Assembly: GCA_963741205.1 (NCBI GenBank)
Contig: CAVUHW010000012.1
Span: 32,001 to 96,000, forward strand
Source of the DNA: Nitrospirota bacterium
Lineage (GTDB): Bacteria; Nitrospirota; UBA9217
DNA length: 64,000 nucleotides
Direction: 5' to 3'
Part shown: positions 46,771 to 59,468 of the stretch, one piece after another
How the letters are laid out: the number at the start of each line of letters is the position of its first letter
Position numbering within the stretch: position 1 is the stretch's first letter
Program-made: the position numbers and the translations under genes
Notes under the pieces: generated by a model
Databases searched by the model: none
Told to the model about the DNA's origin: nothing
What the model saw: the letters and a program-made list of their open reading frames with translations, nothing else

Positions 46771-48892
46771 TTATGAGACGCGGGGATTGCCGACGCCGAT
46801 CTCATCGCTCAGCACAGGCTCCAGGTTCAGAAACGCCTCGACGACCTTGGGGTCGAATTGCGTTCCCGCGAGTGAGCGGATATGCTCCCGTATCCGTTCT
46901 CCTGGCCATGCGGGATGATACCTTCGTTCCGAATTAAGCGCGTCCCAGATGTCGGCAAGAGAGAAGATGCGGGCCGCAAGCGGGATCTGCTCTCCTTTGA
47001 GACCGCGCGGATACCCAGCTCCGTCCCATCGCTCATGATGGCAGTAGGGTATATCCAGTGCTGGCCTGAGGTAGGAGATGGGGTACAACATTTCGAAGGC
47101 GGAGACCGGATGGCGGCGCATGATCTGCCATTCTTCCTCCGTCAGCGGCCCGCTCTTGAGCAGGATGCTGTCCGGAATGCTCATCTTCCCGATATCGTGC
47201 AAAAGCGCCCCCCTGCGCACGTGCACCAGTTCGGCCTCCTCCATGCCCATGGCGCGGGCGAGGAGCAGCGTCATCTCCACGGCCCGCTTGGTATGGCCTT
47301 CCGTCTCCCGGTCCCTGAGCTCGAGCGCCCGGGCCCAGCCTTCAATCGTGGTATCGTAGGCGAGGATGAGCTCGACATTGGACCGCTGCAGGTCGCTGAA
47401 GAGCGCGGCATTGTCGATGGCGATGGCCGCCTGCGCGGCAAGGGAACCGAGAAAGTTCATCCATTCTTCATCGACCTTGAGGGGCGACCGATGGAGGATG
47501 TCCAGCACGCCCTTCACCTGTCCCTTCGCGATCAGCGGGATGGCATAGTAGGCGGTAAATCCTTCGCCCTCGATGAGCGGCATCCGCTTGAAGTCGTCGT
47601 CCGCTCTCGGCGAGGTTGGGAATGCCGATGCTCCGGCGCTCAAGCGCCGCGCGGCCGGCGATTCCTTCGCCCAGGCGCAGACGGGAGTGACGGATGCCGG
47701 GGTTGCGGAACCCCCGCATGGCCGCGTATTCGAGCGTCTGCGTATGGCGGTCCAGGAGGAGCACGGCCGCGGCGTCGATGTTGAGCTGCGTCATGACGAG
47801 AGTGAGGAACTCCTGGAGAGTAACGCTGAGATCGAGGCTCGAGTTGATGATCAGGTCGATGGCGTGAAGGGTTGCCAGGTGTTCAAGTCGGTATCGGGCC
47901 TGATCTTCCGCTTTTTTGCGGGCGGTAATGTCCTCTCCCGAACTGAGCGTTGCGACCACCTGCCCCTGATCGTCCCTGAGAAGTGTGTTGTGCCAGGCAA
48001 TGATTCGTTCCCTGCCGCCTTTGGTGACGACAGGATTTTCATAATATTCAACCGGCTCGAGCTCCCCGGATATGAACTGGGTAAAAACCGCGCGCACTTC
48101 GCTTTTCATCCGTTCAGGGACGAAATGATCAAACCAGTTCTTGCCGATGATCTCTTTTTCGCGGTATCCGAGGATTTCGGCGCCTTTCCTGTTGATGAGG
48201 ATGACGGCGCCGCTCCGGTCAAGGACGCGGATCATCACCCCGGCCACATCCAGGTATTGTTCGGCGCGCTCTTTCTCCTTCCGGTGCGCCTCTTCGGCGG
48301 CCATGCGCCGGGAAACGTCCCGGAAGATGCCCTGAACAATTTTTTTTCCGCCGACGGTGACGACGCTGGCGCTTATTTCCACCGGGATGTTCCGGCCGTC
48401 GCGATGCATGATGCAAAAGTTATCGCCCATGGCATGTCCCGCACCGAGAGATTCCTGGAGCAGCATCCTGCACCGGTCGGCATCCTTTTGAGGATGGAGC
48501 TCCGTGACATGTCTGCCGATGAGCCGGGACGCCTCCAGGCCCGTCAGTTCTTCGATTTTTTGGTTAACCTCAAGGATGTCGCCGGTTTCCGCGTCAGCGA
48601 TGACAATCCCGTCATTCGCATGCTGCACGAGCATCTGGTATTTTTGCTCGGTATCGCACAGCGCCGCTTCCGCCCGTTCGCGGTTCACGAATTCGCGGCG
48701 GAGGACCAACCAGAGGGCCAGCGCGCTCGCCGCGACGAAAACCCAGCCCTTATATGTCTGGATCACGGTGAGCTTGTGCGGATCGGATACCAGCATTTCT
48801 ACGATCCGGTCCGACAGCGCGATCCAGAGGCTTCCAATGGCAAGATAAAGCAGAATGATCCGCAAAACAGGATGCCGTATGAGCTGTTTCAT
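46771..48892 (-). CDS. Membrane-anchored PAS-PAS-GAF HD-GYP c-di-GMP phosphodiesterase (frameshift)
   Basis: N-terminal TM with QTYKGWVFV, two PAS, one GAF, LHDIGK, HHERWDGAGYP. Confidence 0.9.
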
Positions 48893-48981
48893 GATACCTC
48901 GGCAAGAATAAAAGGACGACCCTGACCATCAATATCTAATTCTATTGTACCACCGTACAGGGGAAAATAACCCTTTCCCGT

Positions 48982-49410
48982 TTAAACGATGCCTACGAGC
49001 TCGAGGTCGAACGTCAGCTCTTTTCCCGCCAGAGGGTGGTTCGCGTCGAGCGTTATGTTCGTATCGGTCACTGCCATAACCGTGACCAGCATAGTCTGAT
49101 CATCTGTCTGGGTGAGCTCGAGGCGCTGGCCGACGCGGGGGTCCACGCCGGGCGGGAGCTGACCGCGTTCCATGGTCACGATCCTGTCGTTCCTGCGCGG
49201 CCCGTAGGCCTGGTCAACGGGGATCGTCGTAGTCCTGGACTCCCCGGTATTCATGCCGGCCACGGCCTGTTCGAAGCCGGAAATAACCTGTCCCTTCCCG
49301 ATCGTAAACTGGAGCGGATGCCGGTTCCTTGAGGTATCGAAGATGGTGCCGTCCGGCAGCTTTCCTGTGTAGTGTACCTTTACAGTATCGCCGTGCTTCG
49401 CCTGTGTCAT
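48982..49410 (-). CDS. slyD: FKBP-type peptidyl-prolyl isomerase (SlyD-like, no His tail)
   Basis: GDTVKVHYTG.L.DG..FD, AYG, DANHPLAGKELTF. Confidence 0.9.
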   Translation of the reverse strand: MTQAKHGDTVKVHYTGKLPDGTIFDTSRNRHPLQFTIGKGQVISGFEQAVAGMNTGESRTTTIPVDQAYGPRRNDRIVTMERGQLPPGVDPRVGQRLELTQTDDQTMLVTVMAVTDTNITLDANHPLAGKELTFDLELVGIV

Positions 49411-49668
49411 GGTAGTCTCCTTTTTATAATATCAGCCTAAAGTCTTATGCCGAAATGTCCGTTTTACCGCTGAAGTCAGGTATTGGAACAAAGCAGTTTA
49501 CCCCTTCTCCGAGGTTCCCGCAACTTTTTTATTCGTCATGGGGCGTCTGTGGGCCTCCTTTCGAGCGGGCCGTCTTGACTTTGCCCCGGCCTTGGGATAT
49601 TGTACCGAAGCAACCGTTGCAATTAATCGGACGATTTACCCAAAGCATAATGCCCTTGCGAGGATCGA

Positions 49669-50258
49669 ATGAGCGATACCAAAAAAGAGAAACCCTTACC
49701 CAAGCCGCCGCATACGGCATTCGGAAGAAAAAAACCGGCGGAACATGAGGAAGGAGACACGCTTCTGGCCGACCGTCTGGCTGCAGCCATGGCGGAAGGA
49801 AAGATCGAGGAATTTCTGAAGCAGGAGATGCCCGATAATGAATACGCCAGGAACCTGACATCCATGATGATGGGGATGACGGGGATGTTGCCGATAGGCG
49901 GCGCAGAGACGGCGCCTCAGCCCAGCCCCCCGAGAACAAAGGAGAGACCGCGGCGCATGAAGCCGCCGTATCCGCGGAAGCGTTGCCCGAGGGGGTAAGG
50001 GAGGCCGTTCAGGGCGGCGATGTAAAAGGGCTCACGGACCTTTTGCGCCGGGAACACCGGAAACGGATGCCCGATGCGAAGACTGAGCCGGCGGAAGAAA
50101 CTGCCGCCCAACGGATGCCGGCTCAGCCGATGATTGATAAGGAGTTGATCGACGCATTGATCAAGATCGCGGGAGAAAATAGCGTTACCCTCGACTGGAT
50201 GATCCTGCGGGCGATCAGGCTCTATGTTCAGGATTACGAGAAGACGGGCAGGCTGTAG
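49669..50258 (+). CDS. Hypothetical protein with C-terminal ribbon-helix-helix-like segment (frameshift)
   Basis: ORFs 49669-49998 and 49983-50258 join; IDKELIDALIKIAGENSVTLDWMILRAIRLYV resembles CopG/RHH. Confidence 0.5.
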
Positions 50259-50287
50259 GGACCTCCGAACAAGCGAAAGAAAGCACC

Positions 50288-50884
50288 ATGACCCTGAAGC
50301 CGCTTACCGGGAGGTTCGATTCGTTGATGGCGGAAAACAGAAAAATCATGAAAGCGCTCAAAAGCAAACCCACGCTCGTCATGATAGTGTTGTCGGCAAT
50401 AATGCTCTTCGGCCCAGGGTGCGTATCTGAACCGGGCATAGACAAGGGGAAATTCTCGGAATTAAACCGGATGGCGCAGGACCTGAAGACCGCTATTACA
50501 TCGGGACGGCCCTGTGACGTGCCGGAAACATTGATGCAAAGACTTGCTTCCGGGACGGCGGCCTTGCGAAACAAGACGGCCTCACAGGATGAGAGCTTCG
50601 TGCTCGAAGCTTACACGCGCCTTTTGACGACTTATAAGGACGGTTTGCTGCTTTGTCAATACCAGAACCAGATGTCTCAATTTCCATTCGTCCCCAAGGG
50701 ACGCATCTATGTGTTCCAGGAACTCGATCCGCTTGTTCAAAAATATGATTTGCCGACAGAGAGCCATGTGTATAAACCCACCGGAGTGCATTGGAGGAGT
50801 ATTGCCGGGGACTCGGGTAAGGTGATCTGGGAAAGCGCAGCGTTCCAGATAAAGAACATAGAAAACATGGTGAATTACAATTGA
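50288..50884 (+). CDS. Hypothetical lipoprotein (start probably near 50348)
   Basis: Hydrophobic signal ending GPGC; long ORF. Confidence 0.55.
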   Translation: MTLKPLTGRFDSLMAENRKIMKALKSKPTLVMIVLSAIMLFGPGCVSEPGIDKGKFSELNRMAQDLKTAITSGRPCDVPETLMQRLASGTAALRNKTASQDESFVLEAYTRLLTTYKDGLLLCQYQNQMSQFPFVPKGRIYVFQELDPLVQKYDLPTESHVYKPTGVHWRSIAGDSGKVIWESAAFQIKNIENMVNYN

Positions 50885-51010
50885 TGTTATTACGTGAGCG
50901 TTTCGTATCGCCCTGCGCGCTCTGCTACCTGACTTTTTTCAAGCCCCTCGTTTATGCGCCCCAACCCGATGCCGGCAGGCGTCAGGACATTTGATCAGCG
51001 GATGTCCTGT

Positions 51011-52157
51011 TCATGAGCTCAGAAATTCCGTCACCGATCTCTTGATCTCCAGATGATGCACCGGAATGTTCGGCACGTCCTTGTTCCCCGGTATTGCGAG
51101 GATATGGATAAAGGCGGGACCTTTATGCCGATGCTTCATTATCTCGGTAATTTCCTTTTCCGCAGCAACTTTCACCGTCTCCCTGAACCCGAACCCCCGC
51201 GCCACCGATTCAAGATCGACGCATGACCCCGTCAGCGTCGGTTGATTTCCCGTAGATCCGTAAGCGCCGTTGTCGATCGCGATGATGGTAAGATTTTGCG
51301 GCGCAAAGAGGCGGCGGTCGCGAGCGTGCCGGGATTCATGAGAAGGCTCCCGTCGCCGTCGATCACGAAGACTTCCTTTGATGACGCAAGGGCGATGCCA
51401 AGACCGATGGGCGTGGCCATGCCCATGCTGCCGAGCATGTAGAAGTTCGAGGGCTGGTGCTTCAGTGCATAGAGCTCTTTGGACGGCCATCCGAGATTGC
51501 TCACAACAACCTTTCCTTCAAGGTACGGTGCGATGATCTTGATGATATCGTACCGGGTGAAGACGGCACGTGATGCGGCGATGCATGATTTGACGATGCA
51601 CGATGACCTGCATCTCCAGTATCCTTTAATTCCGCACTCCGCATTCTCGCACTCCGCAATCGGACCCCTCCCACACCGCCGGGCTCAGCAGGAATGCATG
51701 AATCCTGTTCCGGTCCGAAGACTTTCCTGAAGCATACGGTCCACCGCGCTGAAATCGCTGCTGCTGTTGATCTCCGAACTGGCAATCCCGGCGCCCGCGA
51801 GGATTGCGGGAAGACGCTGTCCCATCGGGAACTGCGCCTCGATCTTCTCTTGATAGACCCCTCTTCGGCTAACGAACAGGGCAAGGGGCAGCTCATAGAA
51901 ATGCGGTAAGCGAGAGGAGCGCGTTGATCATGTTCCCGATGCCGGAGCTCTGGACGAACATGGCAGGCCGCCTGCCCGAAAGGGCCGCGCCCGCGCAGAT
52001 GCCGACGCCTTCTTCCTCGCGCGTCAGGGGCACGTGAACGAAAGTTCCGGCCGACCATCTCCAGGAGGGTCTTGATCTTCTCGCAGGGCAGCGAGGCGGT
52101 GAAATCCACCGCATGCTTCTTGAGAAGGCTTATGAGTTCTTCTTCAGGACGCGGCAC
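51011..52157 (-). CDS. comDE: Fused sulfopyruvate decarboxylase ComDE (frameshifts)
   Basis: ComD part: SLPCEKIK.LL, TREEEGVGICAGA.L.G, QSSGIGNMINAL.SL. ComE part: VVSNLG.PSKELY, NFYMLGSMG, IDGDGSLLMNPG, DNGAYGSTGNQ. Confidence 0.88.
51565..51665. repeat. Heptamer repeats in the ComD-ComE linker
   Basis: ATTCCGC ACTCCGC ATTCTCGC ACTCCGC AAT and GTGATGC GGCGATGC ATGATTT GACGATGC ACGATG; first set matches the intergenic unit at 27222-27254. Confidence 0.6.
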
Positions 52158-53406
52158 AAAAGCTCCTCGATCTCTTTCCCGGTGACGTTCTTTGAGATGA
52201 ACTGCGGTGCGACTGCATGGGTCTTCCTTGTCCTTTCTCAACCGCGCTTCGCCGCCGCCGGTGATGTTCAGGAGAACGGTGTCGTTCCTGCTGATCGCGC
52301 CGGTTTTGACCGCGTCTTCGAGCGCGGCAACGGCCACGCCCGGCAGCGGGGACGATGTCGATGCCCTCGGTCCTGAGAAACGTTTCCATGGCCGGCGTAG
52401 ACCGCATCGTTCTCGATGCCGTACATCTTTCCGCCGGTTGCGGTGAGCGCATCGTACACGCCGCCTTTGACCGAATAGGCGGGATAGCGGGTCGAGAGGA
52501 CCCGCGTCGTGATCTGCGAGATCAGCTCCGGCCTGAGGTCGCCGGGATCAAGCGTCCGGCTGCTTCTTGCTCCCAGGCATGGAGCATCGGCGCGAACGGC
52601 AAGTTCTGCCCCAGATGCAGGACGGGCAGCCGAGAGCCGAACCTTCCGTCCCGGAGGAACCGCTCGGCCATTTCCCAGGCGCCGACGGCGCCGGTCCCGC
52701 TGCCCACGGCCTGGACGTAATGGTCCGGCAGTTGTCCGATCTTCGACACTGCTTCGAGCATGACAATGCCGAGACCGTCGCGCTTGGCGATATTCTTCAC
52801 GCCGCCTTCGAAGGGGAAACCCAGTGGCCATGGCGATCCTTTTCGCCACATCGATGGAATCGGCATAATCGCCGTCGCCCACCGCGAGGGTCGGGCACCG
52901 TGGATGAGCGCTTCGAGGTACCACATCTCGCCGAGGCACATCGCGGCACGACGATGACCGACGGGAAAGCCCGTGAGCGCGGAAAGATGGGCGAAGGCCC
53001 GCGCCGTGTTTCCGGCGGAGGCGACGATCAGTCCTTCGATGCCGTTCTCCCGGGCGTTCTGGAGCACGATCGCGGCCTCGAATTCCTTGAAGGTGCAGGT
53101 TTCGAGCAGCGCCCCTTTCTCCGGCCAGTAGCCGTTGAAGGCAATGTAGAGATTCTCGAGCCCGATGCTCCCTGCGAGGCCGCTGCGAACTGGTAGACAA
53201 CGGGACCGGGCTGGAGGGATGTCGGGCTCGTGGACCGGAAGCCAGTTGAACCGCCAGACGCCGCCCGACCCGCGCGCTCTCGACAAAGCGGGTGTCGTGA
53301 TAATCGGTCACCAGAAGCGCGTCCTTGCAGTGTTCGCAGAAGGCGCAGTAGGTGTGTTCGAGTGATCTTGCCGCAGTTCGCTGCATCGAATGGAAAAATG
53401 GCTCAT
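52130..53406 (-). CDS. Cysteate synthase (threonine-synthase-like PLP enzyme; frameshifts)
   Basis: LYIAFNGYWPEKGA...TCTFKEFEA (PLP Lys), VASAGNTARAF, EGGVKNIAKRDGLG, PDHYVQAVGSGTG, QNLPFAPM, VLSTRYPAYS..GG, LLNITGGG; overlaps the comDE start. Confidence 0.9.
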
Positions 53407-53526
53407 GACTTTTACACTAAGATCACCCGTCACCACGGCCCTGCTCCCACGGAGGGGAGCAGGATGTAGCCCCTCGCCTTGATGGGAGGCGTTCGGTGAG
53501 CGTGAACGTTCCTGGTCGAATGTTTC

Positions 53527-54738
53527 TATAATCAAATCCGCTCACCAGCTCCATGATGTCCGTGATCCGGATCTGGTTCTTGTGTCCCTGCATGGCCTCG
53601 TTCACCTTGGCGTAGCAGGCGGGACAGGCGAGGATCAGCCGGTCGGCCTTCTTCGCCACCGCCTCATCGATCGTCAGCCTGCCCATGGCGATCGCGTTCT
53701 CATGAAACACCTTTCGTGCCGCGCCGCCGGAGCCGCAGCAGCGCGAGTCCAGGCCGTGGCGCTGGAACTCGAGGAGCTTGATCCCCGGGATGCTTCTAAG
53801 CACCTCTGCGCGGCTCTTCGATCACGCCCACGCCCCGGCTGAGATAGCACGGGTCGTGGTAGATCACGGATTCGCGCAGTTCCTTGTTCAACCGCAGCTT
53901 GCCGTGCTTGATGGCGTCCGAGACATATTGCGTGATATGCCGTGATCGTGAACGGGCAGCGCCTTGCCGTAGAACAGGGGCCAGTCCCGGATCATGATGT
54001 TCACGCAGCAGGGACAGGAGCAGACCAGCGTCTTTACCCCGCTTCGCCTGATAGCCGTCCACGAGCCTCGTGACGAGGTCCTTCAAGAGATCGTGCTGTC
54101 CCGTGATGAAGAGCGGAAAGCCGCAGCAGACCTCCTCCTCGGGCGGCAGCATGGTGAATGGTTCGCCGATGGCGTTCGAGGACGAGCACGTCGCCCCGCA
54201 CCATGGGCTGCGCCTCGTAGGCGCCGGTGCATCCGGCGTAGTAGGCGATGTCCGCGCGCTCGGCGACCTTCACGTTCTCCGGGAACCAGGGCTTGTACCG
54301 GTCCGCGGCCGGCTTGTCATAGGGGTTGCCGGATTTTGCGATGGCCTTGCGGCAGGTCCGCCTGAACGCCGATGGGGCCGAGGCCCGCGCTTCACCATTT
54401 CTTTCCTGAGCATGGGCCAGAGCCGCTGCGTAAAGATGCCCACCGGGCAGTTCTGCCCGCAGGCGCCGCAGGTGGTGCATTCATACACCGCCTTGGTGAA
54501 GTCCTCGAGCATCTTGCGGTCCGCTTCGCGCGGGGCCGAAGAGCCTGGCCTTGAGACCGTCGGTTGCGCGGATGAACTCGCGGAACATGCGGATCTTCTC
54601 CGGCGGCGAGACCGCGGGTCTGCCGGTCACGTCCTGCACCGGGCAGTGCTTCAGGCACTCGCCGCATTGGGTGCAGGCGTCGATCTCGAGGATCTGACGG
54701 GGCGAGAGCTCTTCGGTGAATGAACGTTTATTCTTCAT
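53527..54738 (-). CDS. HdrD-like Fe-S oxidoreductase (2x[4Fe-4S] plus 2 CCG domains; frameshifts)
   Basis: CTQCGECLKHCP, CTTCGACGQNCP, YYAGC, EVCCG, CSCPCC, YHDPCYL.R, RCCGSGG, ACPAC. Confidence 0.88.
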
Positions 54739-55409
54739 GGATCACCAGGCGAAGCGCCTGCTCCCGCTTCCTCGCCTCCATCATCACCAGCGGGGCGGTG
54801 AAGATGTGGGTCGGAAGAAAGGGGACCAGGACCAGGACGAGGGAAAAGTGCAGCAGGAACAGCAGGCTCTCCGGCGCCGCGGCCGGATGAAAGCGCAGGA
54901 TGCCGAGGGCGAACAGTTTCACATCCACGAGATCGGGCTTGTACCAGACGCTGCATGATCACGCCGAGGGAACTGATCAGGAGCACCAGGTGACGAGGAA
55001 CACTGTTTGCGGGAGCCGCATATTTTTCGTGCCTGGTGAGCAGCCGGATGACAAGGATATATGCCGCGGCAAAGGGCAGAACGTATCCGGCGATCAACCC
55101 CGGCGTCTGCAGCCACCAGACCCAGAGCGGGACGGGATCCAGGAAGTACCGCAGGTGCCGCAGGATGACGAACAGGAAGGAGGCGTGAAAGGCCCATTCG
55201 CCGATCCAGAGCGCGGGGTTCACGTTCAGGACCCTGCCGAGAAGCAACACATCCACGGCCGTGAGGACGCATGCTTTCAGCGCTGATCGCGGGCCTGTCG
55301 GCTCGCGAAGCCGCTGCGCCGCTCTCCACCACACCAGGAAATGCGCGAAAAACCGCAACCAGAAGGCCGCGTACACGCAGTATGCGGCTACGATGAGAAA
55401 TTTACCCAT
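54728..55409 (-). CDS. HdrE/NarI-like membrane cytochrome b subunit (frameshift)
   Basis: About five TM helices with His pairs FHASF...LRHLRY and LLHF...PTH; overlaps the hdrD-like start. Confidence 0.7.
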
Positions 55410-55529
55410 GCATTATCGCCGTTTGCCGTTGCTGCCACTATTGTACCATATCGGGCAGATAACCCCTTGCAACCTGATCGAGCCGGGGTCCGAGCGGTCA
55501 GCGGCATGAGTACGAGATGGTCGACTTCC

Positions 55530-55856
55530 TTATTTGGGACTGTCTTTTTTTACGAAAATGATGCTCGCGTCCTTTGCGACATTGAGTCCCGCCTCGACCT
55601 CGAGCGCCTTCAGGATGCCGGACGGCACGGTGCAGGCGACATGCTTCAGATGTATGGCCGCGGACCGGTAAACGGGATTGCTCGTGAACCCGGTCAGCGG
55701 TGCGAACCGGTCGAGGACCGAGATGTCTTCGAGCATCTTCTTCACCATCTCGCAGTCGGTATCCAGGGAGATGGCGATCTTCCCGCCGGCGACCTTTTCA
55801 GCCCTGATGGTGACGGAAAAGCCGCATGCCCCCGAGTTGACAATGACCTTTGTCAT
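55530..55856 (-). CDS. Small Cys/His protein, DUF6951-like
   Basis: GACGF, TDC, H.ACTVPSGILKA.EVEAGL pattern. Confidence 0.6.
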   Translation of the reverse strand: MTKVIVNSGACGFSVTIRAEKVAGGKIAISLDTDCEMVKKMLEDISVLDRFAPLTGFTSNPVYRSAAIHLKHVACTVPSGILKALEVEAGLNVAKDASIIFVKKDSPK

Positions 55857-55998
55857 GATGGCCTTTCATTCCAGCATCCTTATCGCCCCAGATAGACGAT
55901 GAGTCACGATACTATAAATTCCCGCTTCTGCGTGAATTCGATCCAGCCCTGCGCGTACATTTATCCCAGGGCCGATGAACCTTTATCCGCATTCCGAC

Positions 55999-57984
55999 TC
56001 ACGCCTTGATCTCAACCGTGCTCCCCTTCTTTGCGAGGTACTCCTTCAAATTCGGGAACTTGTCCTTCATGTGCGGAATATGCATCGCCATCATGAATTC
56101 CCTTTCGAAGGCCGGGTCCGTGGCGATCTCGACGAATTCGACCCAGCGCGCCCGCTCATTCGCCTCTATGCGCTTGCCCCGGTTCAGGAGCGCCATGCGC
56201 GAACCGTCGCCGGCCGCGTTGCCCACGGCGTAGATCTTGTCGAGGGGCAGTCGGGGAACATGCCGAGCGTCAGCGATGCCTCGCGGTCGATGTGGCTCCC
56301 GAAGGCGCCGGCAAGGATAACGCGGTCGAGCTGTGGTGATGCCGAGCTTCTTCATCATGAGCTTCGCGCCCGTGTAGAGCGCGCCCTTGGCGAGCTGGAG
56401 CGCGCGCACGTCGCCCTGGGTGATGGTGATGTCCTGGCCGATGGAGGTCTCCGTTGCCCAGGCGAGGACATACTCGGGCTTGCCGTCGGCGTCCTTCCTG
56501 ACCCGCGGCGTGCCCAGGTCCATCACGAACCTGCCGCTCTTGTCGATGATGCCGGCCTTGAACATCTCGGCGACCACCTGGATGATGCCCGAACCGCAGA
56601 GGCCCTTCGCATCCACCTTCTGGATATGCGTGTGCCAGTCCGCCTTGCCGATGACCTTGTAGCGCGGTTCCTTCGTCGCGGGGTCGATCTCCACGGTCTC
56701 GATGGCGCCGGGGGCCGCCCGCATGCCGAACTTGATCTGGGCGCCCTCGAAGGCCGGTCCGGTGGCGCAGGACGTGGAGCAGACCTTGTCCCGGTTGCCC
56801 ATGAGCAGTTCGCCGTTCGTGCCGATGTCGATGATCAGCACCTTCTCGTCCTGGTTATAGGGTTCCTCGGCGATCAGGACGCCCACGTTGTCGGCGCCCA
56901 CGAAGCCCGCCTCGATGGGCAGCACATGGATGTAGGCGGCGGGATTGATCTGGAGGCCCAGGTCGCGCGCCTTGATGTCGAGCGAGCTCTGGACCGCGGG
57001 GATGAAGGGCGACCGGCCGATGTACTCGGGGTTCAGGCCCAGGAAGATGTGGTGCATGGCCGTGTTGAACACGATCGTGAGGTCGTCGATGACATATCCG
57101 GGGTTCGGCCCGTCCTTGTTGATGTCGCGTCACAACGCGCTCGATGATCTCGTTCAGGCCCTGGATGATCGCTTTCTGCATGGTCTCCAGGCCCACGCCG
57201 GGATTGCTCATGGCATAGGTGATGCGGGACATCACGTCCTCGCCGTAGGGCACCTGGGGGTTCATCATGGACTCGGTGTTCACCACCTTGCCGGTGTTCA
57301 GGTCCGTCAGGTAGCCCACGCAGGTCGTCGTGCCGATGTCCACGGCAAGCCCGTAGCTCTCCTCGACGAACCCCGGCTCCGCCTTGATGATCTCCTTGTC
57401 CATCCAGACGGTGACCGTGGCCTTCCATCCGCCTTTGCGAATCACGTCCTGGAGGTCCTTCAAGACCAGATAATCGAAGGTGAGGCCCTTGAGCCCGTAG
57501 TCGTCCTCAAGGAACTTCAGGACCCGTTCCCAGTCCCCGGTCGTCATGTCGTGGAGCGTGGGAGGGGTGAGCTCGACGTTGTATTTTTTCACGGCCGGAT
57601 CGAGCTTGATCGTGAGCTCTTTGGCCGCCTTCCGGACGACCTGCTTGCCCGCGCGGGAACGCTCGGGCACGAAGACCTTGATGTCGCCCCGGATCTCGCT
57701 CTGGCAGGACAGTCTGATGCCGGGCCCGTCCTGGGGCTTGATGTGCTTCATCTCGTCGGGCGACGGCACGGCAGGGGAGAGTGGGCCATGCCCGAATCGA
57801 TGTTGTCCTTCTCGAAATAGCCTTCTTCGATCCTTACCTTGCACTTTCCGCAGACTTTTTTATTGCCGCAGAGCGCTTCGATATCAACGCCCAGGGCCTG
57901 GGCGGCCTCGAGGATGGTCTTGCCTTCCTCGATCTCGCCGCGCCTGCCCGCAGGCTGAAATATGACCTTGTGTTTCTTAATCAT
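55999..57984 (-). CDS. Corrinoid reductive activator (RACE/RACo; [2Fe-2S] plus ASKHA ATPase; frameshifts)
   Basis: CGNKKVCGKC...RLSCQ ferredoxin, AVDIGTTT, NPQ..YGEDVMSRI, GFVGAD, IDIGTNGE, CATGPAFEG, GLCGSG, QLAKGA, GNAAG. Confidence 0.92.
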
Positions 57985-58014
57985 GCAATTCCTCCTAATA
58001 CTAAATCATGAGAA

Positions 58015-58130
58015 TTCACCACAGAGCACGAGGTAGCGAAAATGAGCGAACTCAGAAGTAAGACACCTTTCTAGATTCGCGCCTCGATTCCGGGCTGATG
58101 TCTCCGTGATCTCCGCGTCTCCTGCTTCGC
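58015..58130. repeat. Hairpin element at the 3' end of the QueG-like gene
   Basis: TCACCACAGAGCACGAGG ... CTCCGTGATCTCCGCGTCTCC. Confidence 0.45.
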
Positions 58131-58767
58131 GATCTTTTTCGCGTTTCTCTTCTCCCATAGGGGCAGATGTTGATGCACAGCCCGCAGTTGGGTTTGCCGT
58201 CCGTGGCCCGCTTGGCCTTCTTATGACTCCTGCAGGCGTCGAGCCTCACGAGCTCCACAAAGGGAAGGGACCGGGACCATTCCGCGCCCGTGATCGCCTT
58301 CGACGGACAGTAGTCCACGCAGAGCGAGCAACTCGCCGCACAGACTGTGTTCGATCGGCGCGTCCGGCTCGAAGCGGCGCGTCGGTCAGCACCGTGCCAG
58401 GGACAGCCGCGGGCCGTAGTCGGGGCTGATGAGGAGCCCGTTCTTCCCGATCCAGCCCAGCCCCGCGGAGGTGGCCGCCATCTTGTGGTTGAACAGCGAG
58501 TAGAGCTTCGAAATGAACGTGCCCTTCTTCCGGTCCGAGTCCGGCGGGATGGCCAGCGTGCGGTACCCCCGGGATTTCAGGAACCGCACGGCGCGCTTCT
58601 GGAGCTTCATGAGGAGGCTCAAGCGTGTCCTCATTCAGCCTGCGGTCCACGCCGATGGACACGGCCTGCTCCAGATGGGCGATCTCGCCGCTCATATGGC
58701 CCCGGAGACCGGCAAACCCGACGACGTCGGCGCCGTGGTCCAGCAGCTCTTTCCTGAGCGAGGTTCT

Positions 58768-58771
<4 letters not shown>
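58052..58771 (-). CDS. QueG/reductive-dehalogenase-like cobalamin Fe-S protein (frameshifts)
   Basis: GADVVGFA, AVSIGV, FNHKMAATSAGLGWIGKNGLLISPDYGPRL, C..C..CVDYCP..AI, CGLCINICPYG. Confidence 0.75.
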
Positions 58772-59464
<693 letters not shown>

Positions 59465-59468
59465 GGGA

